A stretch of DNA of 63,795 nt, counting the filler. It is 4 parts of 4 records of this genome, joined end to end, with 100 filler letters (N's around TTAATTAATTAA, not from the genome) between each part and the next. Parts side by side here need not be neighbours in the genome. Positions count along the whole stretch, not along the records: positions 28,477 to 42,891 come from DRR723986_7688; 3 more parts are not named here. One strand, written 5' to 3'. The notes below the pieces were generated by a model. That model was given only the letters and a program-made list of their open reading frames with translations. It searched no databases and was not told the origin of the DNA. Of this stretch, positions 31,300-41,308 are shown piece after piece. Within the stretch, counting starts at the first letter, position 1. Every line of letters begins with the position of its first letter. The position numbers were made by a program, and so were the translations under genes.

Positions 31300-31719
31300 A
31301 TGTCAAGCCGTACAGAGTCACAGCCAGCAGAAGACGCCGAAGCAAAAAACGCCGGGCACGAAGCCGCAGACATTCCAGCTGCCGGTGAACCCACAGACGC
31401 AGAGCACCAGAATGAAGCCGATGCCCAACTGCTGGAGCCAGAACTGAATGATAACCTGAATGCCTCCCTCAACCAGGAGCTCAACCAGGAGCTGAATCAA
31501 AATCTGAACGGCAAACTCAATCAGAAGCTGAATGCCAAGCTGAACAAAAAGCTCAACAAAAAGCTCAACAATAGGCTGAATGGCAAACTCAATAAGAGGC
31601 TCAACAAAAAACTCAACAGCCAGATGAATGCCACGCTGAATGCTGAGCCAGACGCAGAATCGCCCGCGAAAAGCAGTCAAGATTTGACCCCGGAATTGAC
31701 TGACAAAACTGCCACTTAA
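31300..31719 (+). CDS. Small protein with acidic N-terminus and 17 LNxx tetrapeptide repeats
   Basis: 139-aa ORF; repeat units vary synonymously (CTG AAT / CTC AAC). Confidence 0.55.
   Translation: MSSRTESQPAEDAEAKNAGHEAADIPAAGEPTDAEHQNEADAQLLEPELNDNLNASLNQELNQELNQNLNGKLNQKLNAKLNKKLNKKLNNRLNGKLNKRLNKKLNSQMNATLNAEPDAESPAKSSQDLTPELTDKTAT
31444..31647 (+). repeat. Degenerate 12-bp tandem repeat (CTSAAY-N6) x17
   Basis: Read directly; encodes LNDN LNAS LNQE ... LNAE. Confidence 0.9.
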
Positions 31720-31891
31720 GCAGAATATCCCATCCGTTTAAGCGCTCAGAACGCCCGTTAAATCTTTTATCTGTCTGCAAGTCTCCAGGAAATTGCAGTA
31801 TTGCAAACCTGCCCGGCCAGTTCGCCGCCGCACTATAATATCGCATAATCAGTCTACTGCTTTTTTACAGTACAAAACTGCGTGCATAAGA

Positions 31892-34800
31892 ATGAGTCAA
31901 TCCGGAGCCCGGCGGCGCAAAACCCCTGTATTGCAATTGGATGCGGGCCTGCGCAAACGCCTCGATGAAAAACTCGCGAAGTCGCGCCACGTCAGCATCA
32001 AATCGATCGTGGGCTCCATGTTGGCCGTGCTGGCGGCAGACGTGTACATGCGCAGTGAGTCGACCGTCCTGCTCATCTGCGGCGACAAGGCTGAAGCTGA
32101 AACGCTCTTTGGTGACCTGAGTGTGCTGCTTGGCGACCAGGCGCGGCTCTGCCTCTACGCTGAGGGCCGTAAGCAGCTGGCTCTGGAGCTGGAGCAGCTC
32201 GACACGCGTTTTATTGGCCTGACGGCCGGAATCAATATCCTGAGCACCAGCGAGCGCGCCCTGATTGTAGCCGATGTGGAGGCGCTTGGATTTAAGATCC
32301 CTTCGCCGGATAGCGTCAACAGCAATCTTATGTCTGTGCGCCGCTCTGAGGAATTGTCGTTTGAAGACTTCACCGGACTGCTGGCTCTCAATGGCTTTGA
32401 CCGCAAGGACTTTGTAGAACACGTTGGAGACATGGCGGTGCGCGGCGGCATCGTTGATATCTTCCCGCCCGGCGCCGAGAATCCCTACCGCGTTGAGTTT
32501 TTTGGCGACGAGGTTGATTCGATTCGCGAGTTTGATCCGCTTTCGCAGCGCAGTATTCGCGACTACGAGGACATTACCTTTATCGGCACGATGTTCACCG
32601 ACGGCGATGACGCGCAGAGCTCGACGATTTTTGACTTTCTGGATGACTCCTCGCTGCTCTTCCTGATTGAGCCCGAAGACATTGAGGCGCGCCTGGAGCA
32701 GCGCCGCCAGCAGGAAAAAGATACGATTGACCCGAGCAGGCTGGAGCCCTTCCGCCAGATCCGCGTTAATCCACTTGGCCGCGTTGGACTGGCCGTCGAT
32801 TCGGCCCCACAGCCAAGCACCAATGCTTCGATCAAAAAACTGTGCAATGAGCTGCGGCGCTTAACGGCCCAGAACTACAAGATTGTTCTGACGGCCGACG
32901 GCAAAGAGCAGATGCAGCGCCTGATGGACCTGATCGAATCCGCCTTTGAAGTCGATGAAGACGACCTGGACAGCGGCCTGCTGCACGCGGACGAAGTCGA
33001 AGAACTGGAAGCCGCCAATGCCGGTGTTGACAAACAAGAGCTGGCCGACATCGATGAAACCCTGCAGCGCATCAAAACCCTGCCGATTGTCCTCTCCGAG
33101 GGTTTTGTCTATCACGACGACCGCCTGGCGGTGCTGACCGAACACCAGATATTCAAACGCCAGCGCGCCAAACGCAGCCGCGGCGAAGGTAAAAACACCG
33201 GCTTTACGGTGCGTGATCTGCAGCAACTACGCCCCGGCGACTTTGTGGTCCACGTCGATAAAGGTGTCGCGCAGTTTGACGGCCTGGAGACAATTACCGT
33301 CAGCGGCACGCAGCAGGACTGTGTGCGCCTGATTTTTAATGGCGGCGATAAGATGTTCGTACACCTGAACTACATCAACCGCCTGCAGATGTATTCGGCG
33401 CAGGAAGGCGCGGCACCAAAGCTCTCCAAGCTGGGTGGCAAAGAGTGGGAACGCAAGAAAGCACGTGCCAAGAGCAAACTCAAAGACATCGCGCGTGACC
33501 TGATTAAACTCTACGCCGAACGCAAAATGAAACCGGGTACGGCATTCCCACCCGATACGCTCTGGCAGAAAGAAATGGAAGCCTCGTTCATGTACGAGGA
33601 TACGCCTGACCAGGCCAAAACCACCAAAGAGCTGAAGCGCGATATGGAGCGCCCGCAGCCGATGGACCGCCTGGTGTGTGGTGACGTAGGTTTTGGCAAA
33701 ACCGAAGTTGCAATCCGCGCTGCATTTAAAGCCGTGCAGTCCGGCAAACAGGTGGCCGTGCTTGTACCTACGACTATTCTGGCACAGCAACACTACGAGA
33801 CCTTCCGCGATAGGCTCAACCGTTATGCGGTAAATGTTGATGTGATTTCGCGTTTCCGCACGCGTGGCGAACAACGCAGCATCCTTGAAAATCTCAAAAA
33901 AGGTGCGGTAGACGTGCTGATCGGCACGCACCGTATCCTGAGCAAAGACATTGAGTTCCGCGAACTGGGGCTGCTGATCATCGATGAGGAGCAGCGTTTT
34001 GGCGTGGGTGCCAAAGAGAAGCTGCGCCAGGCGCGCGCCGCGATTGATACATTAACACTGACCGCGACGCCGATCCCAAGGACTTTGAACTTCTCGCTGC
34101 TCGGCGCGCGCGACATCTCAGTAATTGCCACCGCTCCGCGCAGCCGGATTCCGATCCACACAGAGATTATGCCCTGGAATGGCGAAGTCATTCGCGATGC
34201 ATTACAAGCCGAGCTAAATCGCGGCGGGCAGATCTTTATGGTCAACGACCGTATCGGCGACCTGGAGAACCTGGCCGACAATCTGCGCGAGTTGATTCCA
34301 AGCCTGCGCATCAGCGTGGCCCACGGCCAGATGGACGGCACGCAGCTGGAGCGCATCATGCGCGACTTCATTGAGCGCAAAGCCGATGTGCTGATTGCCA
34401 CAAAAATCATTGAATCCGGGATTGACATTCCGAACGTCAATACAATGCTCATTAATCGCGCCGACCGTTTTGGTCTGGCCGAGCTGTATCAGCTGCGTGG
34501 CCGTGTTGGACGCTCCAACATCCAGGCGCACTGCTATCTACTGATTCCTCCGCCGCATTCGATCTCGCGCAAAGCTCTGCGCCGCCTGCAGGCTCTCGAA
34601 GAGTTCACCGAGTTGGGCAGTGGCTTTAACCTTGCGATGCGCGATCTTGAGATTCGCGGAGCAGGTAATCTACTCGGTGCAGAGCAGAGTGGGTTCATAG
34701 CGGATATCGGCTTTGAGATGTACCAGAAAATCGTCGATGAAGCCGTCACCGAGATTAAAGAAGAAGAATTCTCAGAGCTCTTCAGCGATCAGCTTACCGT

Positions 34801-35371
34801 CGGTAAAAAACGGCCGAAACTGGCACCCAATCGCGATATCACTATTGATATTGACGGTGACGCCCTGCTCGACAAAAACTACATTTCGGTGGATGTTGAC
34901 CGCTACGAGTTCTACAAGCGCCTCTATACGCTTGAAAACGAGGCGGATCTCCTGCAGATTATCGATGAAATGCGCGACCGCTTCGGCAGCCCGCCGCTCA
35001 AGGCTCAGAGGCTGTTTGACGTGATTCGCTTGCGGATTGCGGCTCTGCCGCTTGGTTTTGAGACGGTGACGTACCGGGGTGGTGTGCTCAAGGCTGAGCT
35101 GCCGCCAAATGATCGCAAAGACTTTTATGATCGCGTCTTCCAGTCGCTCATCAAAACGGTCACGAACGATCCCGACGTTAAAATGGTCCCCAAAGGCCCT
35201 AAAATTTACGTTCACATCAAGGCGGCAAATCTGGATAACGCAATCATGTATCTGCGCCGCCTTGCGGATCAGACGCTCAAAACCATGGCGGAAGAGCTGG
35301 CACTTGCCGCTGTTGAGGCGGTCAAGGAACATCAGGCTACCGAATCTGAATCTGCGGAGCCGCTGAACTAA
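31892..35371 (+). CDS. mfd: Transcription-repair coupling factor
   Basis: AVRGGIVDIF, CarD-like GDFVVH, GDVGFGKTEVA, DEEQRFGV, TATPIPRT, QLRGRVGR, TRCF C-terminus. Confidence 0.97.
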   Translation: MSQSGARRRKTPVLQLDAGLRKRLDEKLAKSRHVSIKSIVGSMLAVLAADVYMRSESTVLLICGDKAEAETLFGDLSVLLGDQARLCLYAEGRKQLALELEQLDTRFIGLTAGINILSTSERALIVADVEALGFKIPSPDSVNSNLMSVRRSEELSFEDFTGLLALNGFDRKDFVEHVGDMAVRGGIVDIFPPGAENPYRVEFFGDEVDSIREFDPLSQRSIRDYEDITFIGTMFTDGDDAQSSTIFDFLDDSSLLFLIEPEDIEARLEQRRQQEKDTIDPSRLEPFRQIRVNPLGRVGLAVDSAPQPSTNASIKKLCNELRRLTAQNYKIVLTADGKEQMQRLMDLIESAFEVDEDDLDSGLLHADEVEELEAANAGVDKQELADIDETLQRIKTLPIVLSEGFVYHDDRLAVLTEHQIFKRQRAKRSRGEGKNTGFTVRDLQQLRPGDFVVHVDKGVAQFDGLETITVSGTQQDCVRLIFNGGDKMFVHLNYINRLQMYSAQEGAAPKLSKLGGKEWERKKARAKSKLKDIARDLIKLYAERKMKPGTAFPPDTLWQKEMEASFMYEDTPDQAKTTKELKRDMERPQPMDRLVCGDVGFGKTEVAIRAAFKAVQSGKQVAVLVPTTILAQQHYETFRDRLNRYAVNVDVISRFRTRGEQRSILENLKKGAVDVLIGTHRILSKDIEFRELGLLIIDEEQRFGVGAKEKLRQARAAIDTLTLTATPIPRTLNFSLLGARDISVIATAPRSRIPIHTEIMPWNGEVIRDALQAELNRGGQIFMVNDRIGDLENLADNLRELIPSLRISVAHGQMDGTQLERIMRDFIERKADVLIATKIIESGIDIPNVNTMLINRADRFGLAELYQLRGRVGRSNIQAHCYLLIPPPHSISRKALRRLQALEEFTELGSGFNLAMRDLEIRGAGNLLGAEQSGFIADIGFEMYQKIVDEAVTEIKEEEFSELFSDQLTVGKKRPKLAPNRDITIDIDGDALLDKNYISVDVDRYEFYKRLYTLENEADLLQIIDEMRDRFGSPPLKAQRLFDVIRLRIAALPLGFETVTYRGGVLKAELPPNDRKDFYDRVFQSLIKTVTNDPDVKMVPKGPKIYVHIKAANLDNAIMYLRRLADQTLKTMAEELALAAVEAVKEHQATESESAEPLN

Positions 35372-35426
35372 TCAGACCCAGGAGTCTCAACCCAGAGCTT
35401 ATTCTCGTGTTTTGTACTCCCAAGGC

Positions 35427-36077
35427 CTAACGCAGTCGCTCTTCCATATCGCGAATGAATTGATCTACGACGCTGCTTGCCGCCCGGCTCGCCGCCGGAG
35501 CGACCGAGGCAATGTCATCGTCGGCGCGGCCTACTGTGTGTTCGTACACGCGCTGCAAAACCACGTCACGCTGCGCGCGCTGCCCATCGATTTTCACCAG
35601 AGTAAAATGCACGCGCACTTTAGCCCAGGCACGCACGCGCTCCAAGCTGCTTTCGAGCCCTTCCGGACGTCCCTTGCCGGCGATCATGTCGAGCACACGG
35701 CCCTCCACAAAATAATCCGGCAGCACCTGCGAGGCTCCCTGCACGACTCCACCGCTAAATAGATTGGCGCTCAGGCAGCGCTCAACCAGCATATCACTCA
35801 CCAGAGTTGACGGTTCTTCAATCCAGCGATGATAATTGTAGCGGTCCAGCTCATTTGTGTCCCGGAGGATCATGAGATTGTCACCCCTGAACTCGGCATT
35901 ACTCAAAAACTGACGCACGAGCAGCACTCCGCGTACCGGCTCTGAGACTTGCGGCGCCACGGCTGAAGACTTCAGGTTGTAATACGTAATCTCTGGGTAC
36001 TCAGACTTAAGCGAGATGCAGCTGCTCAGCGCGCAGGACGCCAGGAGAACTACCAGACAACACAGTACCTTAGACAT
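35427..36077 (-). CDS. ABC transport auxiliary lipoprotein (PqiC-like)
   Basis: Lipobox LSSC, YYNL, YNYHRWIEEP; last gene of the MCE operon. Confidence 0.75.
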   Translation of the reverse strand: MSKVLCCLVVLLASCALSSCISLKSEYPEITYYNLKSSAVAPQVSEPVRGVLLVRQFLSNAEFRGDNLMILRDTNELDRYNYHRWIEEPSTLVSDMLVERCLSANLFSGGVVQGASQVLPDYFVEGRVLDMIAGKGRPEGLESSLERVRAWAKVRVHFTLVKIDGQRAQRDVVLQRVYEHTVGRADDDIASVAPAASRAASSVVDQFIRDMEERLR

Positions 36078-37057
36078 CAGTCCTCCTTCGGTGGTGGTTC
36101 ACTTAACAACATCTGAGATGGATTTTCATTCAAACGTCTTAAGGTCTTGCGCAGCTCACGACTCGTGGAATGCAGTTCGGCTACAATCTCTGCAACCTGA
36201 AAACTGATCGTCTCCGCACGCCGCCCCGCCATGCTGACGGTACCATTGGCCAGAATCATCAGCGAATCATAACGCGCATTGATGTTTTCAACGCGGCGTT
36301 CCAACTCCAGGCCTGCAATCTGTTTGCCAAGGGTGTCGATCGTCGTGACAATCAGCCCCGAAGAATAGGCCAGGTTGTTACCGATTTTGTCAACATTCTC
36401 AATCACGTTCGTCGAATCCAGCCGCAACAGAAAGTTGTTAATTTGATCCAGATTGCGATCGACTTTAGCAAGCACCGCACGTAATGTGTCGTTTCCAGTC
36501 AGCCGGCGGGCTTCACGCAGAAATCCGACCAATTCAGCTGAAATCTCTTTGGTTTTAATCTTGTTGACGTTGTTGACGGCTTCCGTCAGCGCCAGTCCCA
36601 ACTGTTTAAGTCCGCCGGGCGCGGATGGCAGCACGGGAAACTCCGGCTGAAAACTCAGCGGCGGATGCCCGTCAATAACTTCGCTGTCACCCTCATCCGG
36701 AAAAAACACTTCCAGGTATTTTTTGCCTGTAATCCCCAAGTATTCGGCCTGCACACGCATATCCGCATGCAGCACAACATTCGGTTCTATGCGCATCACC
36801 ACTTCTACCAGGCGCCCGTCCGGTGCCACACGCACCTCGCGAATTGTGCCGATCGGCACACCTTGGTATTTGACTGGGTTGCCGGGCTCCAGTCCTTCCA
36901 CCGAGGCGTCATAATAGGTCACGTAAAAACTGGGCTCCTCAAAGAACTTGACTGCGCCAACATACACGATGGTTGCAGCTATGCCCAGGGTGCCGATTAT
37001 CACGAACAGCCCGATTAAGAAAGTTTGATTTTCCCGTCTGCTGGGTATGTCAGCCAC
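36077..37057 (-). CDS. mlaD: MCE/MlaD family substrate-binding protein
   Basis: N-terminal TM; SVEGLEPGNPVKYQGVPIG; GITGKKYLE. Confidence 0.88.
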   Translation of the reverse strand: MADIPSRRENQTFLIGLFVIIGTLGIAATIVYVGAVKFFEEPSFYVTYYDASVEGLEPGNPVKYQGVPIGTIREVRVAPDGRLVEVVMRIEPNVVLHADMRVQAEYLGITGKKYLEVFFPDEGDSEVIDGHPPLSFQPEFPVLPSAPGGLKQLGLALTEAVNNVNKIKTKEISAELVGFLREARRLTGNDTLRAVLAKVDRNLDQINNFLLRLDSTNVIENVDKIGNNLAYSSGLIVTTIDTLGKQIAGLELERRVENINARYDSLMILANGTVSMAGRRAETISFQVAEIVAELHSTSRELRKTLRRLNENPSQMLLSEPPPKED

Positions 37058-37877
37058 TTAGCTGTTCCTCTGTTATAGGATGCGCAGACGCCTGCTTGCC
37101 CGCTGCCACATCGGAAGCGGTAGTCGGGGGCCTGTCGCGATCAAAATAAGCGCGCACGCGCGCATCCTGCGAATTTGCACGCAGGTCATGCGGGTTGCCT
37201 TCGGCTATAATACCATGGGTTGATTTGTCCAGCATGATCACACGCTGGGCAATCGCAAAGACACTTTCCAGCTCGTGGGTGACCACCAGCATGGTCGTCT
37301 GCAAAATTTCATTCAGCTCAATAATTAGTCTGTCAAGCGCAGCCGAAGTAATTGGATCCAGGCCTGCCGAGGGCTCATCAAATCCCAGAATCTGCGGGTC
37401 AAGTGCCATGGCACGCGCCAGCCCCGCCCGCTTTTTCATGCCGCCGCTGATCTCCGAGGGTAAAAAGCTGGCATAACCGCTCAGACCCACAGCCGCAAGT
37501 TTCACATCGATCAGTGCCAGAATCTCTTCAGTGTTCAGCTTCGTGTACGTCTCCAGCGGCAGAGCAATATTCTCCGCAAGTGTCATCGAGGCAAACAGGC
37601 CGCTCGACTGAAACAGCACACCGAACTTGCGCAGGATGCGCAGGCGCGTTTTGCGGTCAGCATTCGTGAAGTCCTCTCCGTCTATCAGAACCGTCCCGCT
37701 GCTGGCCTCTTGCAGACCTACAATCGCGCGCATCAGCGTGCTCTTGCCGCTGCCGCTGCCGCCCAGGATCACAAAACGCTCGCCGCGCTGCACGCTGAAA
37801 CTGACGTTCTCCAGCACCGTCATGGAGCCAAAACGAACGCATAAGTCGCGAACTTCTATGATTGGAGTTGTACTCAT
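37050..37877 (-). CDS. mlaF: MlaF-family ABC ATPase
   Basis: GGSGSGKST, ISGGMKKRAGLARA, FDEPSAGLDP, VTH. Confidence 0.92.
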   Translation of the reverse strand: MSTTPIIEVRDLCVRFGSMTVLENVSFSVQRGERFVILGGSGSGKSTLMRAIVGLQEASSGTVLIDGEDFTNADRKTRLRILRKFGVLFQSSGLFASMTLAENIALPLETYTKLNTEEILALIDVKLAAVGLSGYASFLPSEISGGMKKRAGLARAMALDPQILGFDEPSAGLDPITSAALDRLIIELNEILQTTMLVVTHELESVFAIAQRVIMLDKSTHGIIAEGNPHDLRANSQDARVRAYFDRDRPPTTASDVAAGKQASAHPITEEQLSG

Positions 37878-37889
37878 CGCCGCACCGTT

Positions 37890-39035
37890 TTACACATTCA
37901 GCGCCTCAAAAATAAAGGCAAAAACTGCGTCGGATAAGATTACCAGGAAAATGGCCGTCACCACGGCCGAGGTCGTAAATCGGCCCACACTTTCTGCGCC
38001 GCCATAAACTTGCATTCCCTTAAAACAGCCCACGGCGGCAATCAAAAAACCAAATACCAGACTCTTAAACAAGCCCGTGAATACATGCGCAAAGGTTAGC
38101 GCCTTCTGCAGTTGTGTTAAGTACACGGTAGATGATAGCTCCAGCGTCAACTCCCCTGCTATCAAACCGCCAATCAGTCCAGCAAAATTAGCCATCAGAG
38201 TCAGAACCGGTGCCGCCAGTACGACGGCCACAATCCGCGGCAGCACCAGATACGGCATCACGTCAAAACCCATCGAGTGCAGCGCATCAAGTTCTTCCGA
38301 CACCTTCATCGTGCCGACTTCGGCCGCATACGACGCACCCGAACGTCCGGCAATAATGATTGCCGTCATCAAGGGCCCCAACTCACGCGTAATCGAGATG
38401 CCCGTCAGGTTTGCCAGATAGACGTCGGCCCCAAACTGCTTTAGCTGCAATGCTCCCTGGTAGCCAATGATAAGGCCTACCAGAAAACCAATCATCAGTA
38501 CAATCGGCACGGCGGCAACCCCGGCGCGCGCAAACAGAAACGGAAGGTCCTTCCAACGGAAATCGCCGGGACGTTTGAGCAGGGTTAGACTCTTAGCTGT
38601 CACATCACCAATGAATGCCACAAACGCGCGCCAGTCAACAAACACGTTCTTAGCCGTTTTGCCGACGCCATCAATTTTGCGCCAAAAAAATCCAGGTGGC
38701 GGCGCTTCTTCGACTGCTTCGGGACGCGTCAGCAAATTCAGGAATCGCTGCATCGTGTCTGAGACACCAACCAACTCCACGCGAACTTCGTGTTGTGCCG
38801 CTTTTTGCTGAACCGTATCAACCAGAACCGAGAGGTAGGAATCGTAGGTCTTAATCGAACTTAAATCCAGCTGCAGACTTTGCAGCTCGGACCAGTGATC
38901 ATCCAGCTGCGCCAATAACGCTTTACCCGCCTCAGGTGCATACACATCTACGCTTCCGCGCAGACGAGCAACAGCCTGGCCGTTCTCCAGCGAAAAATCT
39001 AGCGTGTTAGCCGGGATGGCATGCGGGTCTTTCAT
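37890..39035 (-). CDS. mlaE: MlaE-family ABC permease with N-terminal STAS-like domain
   Basis: RELGPLMTAIIIAGRSG..AAEVGTMKVSEELDAL; VGRFTTSAVV. Confidence 0.92.
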   Translation of the reverse strand: MKDPHAIPANTLDFSLENGQAVARLRGSVDVYAPEAGKALLAQLDDHWSELQSLQLDLSSIKTYDSYLSVLVDTVQQKAAQHEVRVELVGVSDTMQRFLNLLTRPEAVEEAPPPGFFWRKIDGVGKTAKNVFVDWRAFVAFIGDVTAKSLTLLKRPGDFRWKDLPFLFARAGVAAVPIVLMIGFLVGLIIGYQGALQLKQFGADVYLANLTGISITRELGPLMTAIIIAGRSGASYAAEVGTMKVSEELDALHSMGFDVMPYLVLPRIVAVVLAAPVLTLMANFAGLIGGLIAGELTLELSSTVYLTQLQKALTFAHVFTGLFKSLVFGFLIAAVGCFKGMQVYGGAESVGRFTTSAVVTAIFLVILSDAVFAFIFEALNV

Positions 39036-39041
39036 GTAGAA

Positions 39042-39070
39042 AGGCGCGGACCCTCAGCGGATCCGCGCTT
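39042..39070 (-). terminator. Hairpin between hmgA and mlaE
   Basis: GCGCGGA...TCCGCGC stem, followed by CTTTC on the minus strand. Confidence 0.45.
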
Positions 39071-39101
39071 AAATAACGAAGTGTTCTCAGTCAGGATAAC
39101 C

Positions 39102-40403
39102 TTAACCTTGGGGCTTGAAGTTGTTCTTCAGGTCCTGCCAGCAAGTATAATAATCGTGCTGACGTTCAGCGGTCTCAATTGCGTGTTTGGTCGGACGCAC
39201 AGCAAAACGCGTTTCAAACATAAACGCCATCGTTTTGTCCTGATAGACGGGCTTGAGTTCTTCGTTGGACGCCTTTTCAAAGGTCGCAGCATCCGGGCCG
39301 TGTCCAGCCATGCAGTTGTGCAGCGAAGCACCACCGGGCACAAAACCATCGGCTTTGGCATCATACTGCCCCACTACCAGTCCCATGAATTCGCTCATGA
39401 AGTTGCGGTGGAACCACGGTGGACGGAAGGTATCTTCCATTACCATCCAGCGCGGTGGGAAAATCACGAAGTCACAATTTGCTGTTCCAGGTGTATCCGT
39501 CGGCGCAGTCAGCACAGTGTAAATTGATGGATCCGGGTGATCAAAAGTCACGCTGTTGATGCAGTTAAACGTCGTCAAATCGTATTTGTAGGGCGCATAG
39601 TTGCCATGCCAGGCCACTACGTCCAGCGGCGAGTGGCCAATCTCAGCCTGCCACAGATTGCCCTGATATTTGCAAATCATTTTGAAGTCGCCTTCGCGCT
39701 CTTCGTAGGCCGCCACAGGTGCCAGGAAGTCACGCGGATTCGCCAGGCCATTTGCACCGATTGGTCCCAGGTCCGGCAGGCGGAACTGCGCACCGTAATT
39801 TTCACAGATATAACCGCGTGCCTCACCGTCGGGCAACTCCACACGGAACTTAACGCCACGTGGAATCACACAGATTTCAGTCGGTTTGACTTCCAGAATT
39901 CCCATCTCGGTTTTGAGCAGCAGGCGTCCCAGTTGCGGAACAATCAGCATCTCACCGTCGGAATTGTAGAAAAAACGGTCATGCATCGAAGCATTCGCAC
40001 TGTAGACATGAATTGCCACACCACTTTGCGCCGCGGCGTCACCATTGCCACCCATCGTGACAATTCCATCTACGAAGTCTGTAGGTGTTTCCGGCAGCGG
40101 ATGTGGGTTCCAGCGCAGTTGGTTCGGCGTTGGCGGGGCATCGTCAAAGGGCGTGCTCTTAAACGTTGGGTGTCCCAGGAATTCAAAGGGCTTGTGGACA
40201 ACCGAGGGGCGAATGCGATACATCCAGGAGCGTTTATTTTCACCGCGCGGCATGGTAAAGGCGGTTCCGCTCAGCTGTTCGGCGTACAATCCAAAGTTGA
40301 CTTTCTGCGGCGAGTTCCGTCCTTTGGGCAGTGCACCTTCCAGTGCTTCGGTTGCGCATTCATTGGCAAAGCCGGACATGTAGTGCAATTCCTGATCGGC
40401 CAT
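39102..40403 (-). CDS. hmgA: Homogentisate 1,2-dioxygenase
   Basis: [75 protein letters not shown]. Confidence 0.96.
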   Translation of the reverse strand: MADQELHYMSGFANECATEALEGALPKGRNSPQKVNFGLYAEQLSGTAFTMPRGENKRSWMYRIRPSVVHKPFEFLGHPTFKSTPFDDAPPTPNQLRWNPHPLPETPTDFVDGIVTMGGNGDAAAQSGVAIHVYSANASMHDRFFYNSDGEMLIVPQLGRLLLKTEMGILEVKPTEICVIPRGVKFRVELPDGEARGYICENYGAQFRLPDLGPIGANGLANPRDFLAPVAAYEEREGDFKMICKYQGNLWQAEIGHSPLDVVAWHGNYAPYKYDLTTFNCINSVTFDHPDPSIYTVLTAPTDTPGTANCDFVIFPPRWMVMEDTFRPPWFHRNFMSEFMGLVVGQYDAKADGFVPGGASLHNCMAGHGPDAATFEKASNEELKPVYQDKTMAFMFETRFAVRPTKHAIETAERQHDYYTCWQDLKNNFKPQG

Positions 40404-40547
40404 CTTTCTCTCCTGGGTTATGTGCATGCAAAGGCTTGCAGAGCTTATTCAATCCTACAAATGTACGAAAAATCACCGCTTGATTTACTGATTTGCTGCC
40501 GCTGGTTGCACACAAAATTTGTGATGCATTCCGCTCCAACTTTCTTC

Positions 40548-40790
40548 AGAGCTTCGCCCTTGCCCCCTCCTGCATTTGGGGTCTTCCGGCTTGCTTTTTG
40601 AGGCTTTTGTTTGTTGTTGAAATTTCAGATAAAGTTCATTGATCCTGTGCGCAATTCGCTGCGACAGCGAGTTGCCTTGAGCTCATCTACCTCAAACGTA
40701 TCTGAGGGACTCGCAGATTCTACCCCAATAACTAACAAGACAATCAAAAAGCCTGAGACCAAAGTGAAACGGAGGTCTCAAAGCGATCAG
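40548..40790. repeat. Degenerate dispersed intergenic element, copy B, with imperfect ~55-bp terminal inverted repeats
   Basis: Shared words with 14998-15305 and 42716-42816; internal hairpins 40651-40675 and TGAGACC/GGTCTCA. Confidence 0.55.
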
Positions 40791-41308
40791 AGATTTGTGG
40801 ACAAACAGTTGATTGCCTGTCACTGTGTTAAGATTGCAACTGCCAGGAACACTGCGGCTGGCGCGCTTAGACTTCAGAAGCATCGCCCGTCTAAAAATGT
40901 GAAGCCCAACTTGATAATTACCTACCTTACAGCTATTTTCTGACTTGGAAACGCCCCCAAATTCAATATTGCAATTTTTCACAGTAAAGAAGCTAGCGCT
41001 GGTCAGTGACAGATGCCCTGCGCCGTGCTGCCACGTTGCTGGCGCCCATTTAAAGCACGCTGTTAATACAGCAAAAGTACTTGGGCAATTGTGCATCATG
41101 CAATCTGGAACTAAGCTTCCTGGACTGCAAGGGGTGCGGCAGCCAGAACAATGATGTACTTTGCTGCTATTAAACAGCCGTCTTTCCAGCTCTGCCGCCT
41201 GTGGCTAATTCAGGGAGAGTGTGAACGGGGCGCAGAAGCTAAGCAGCATTAGCTTAACAAAACCCTTAAATGGCGAACGACTAGCAACAACATTCCAAAG
41301 ACATAATT

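Noticed and set aside
31444-31647. Possible CRISPR array
   Set aside because: 12-bp period, no 25-45-bp repeats with unique spacers, no cas genes; it is an in-frame tandem repeat
39537-40601. 354-aa ORF on the + strand
   Set aside because: Antisense shadow of hmgA with no motifs
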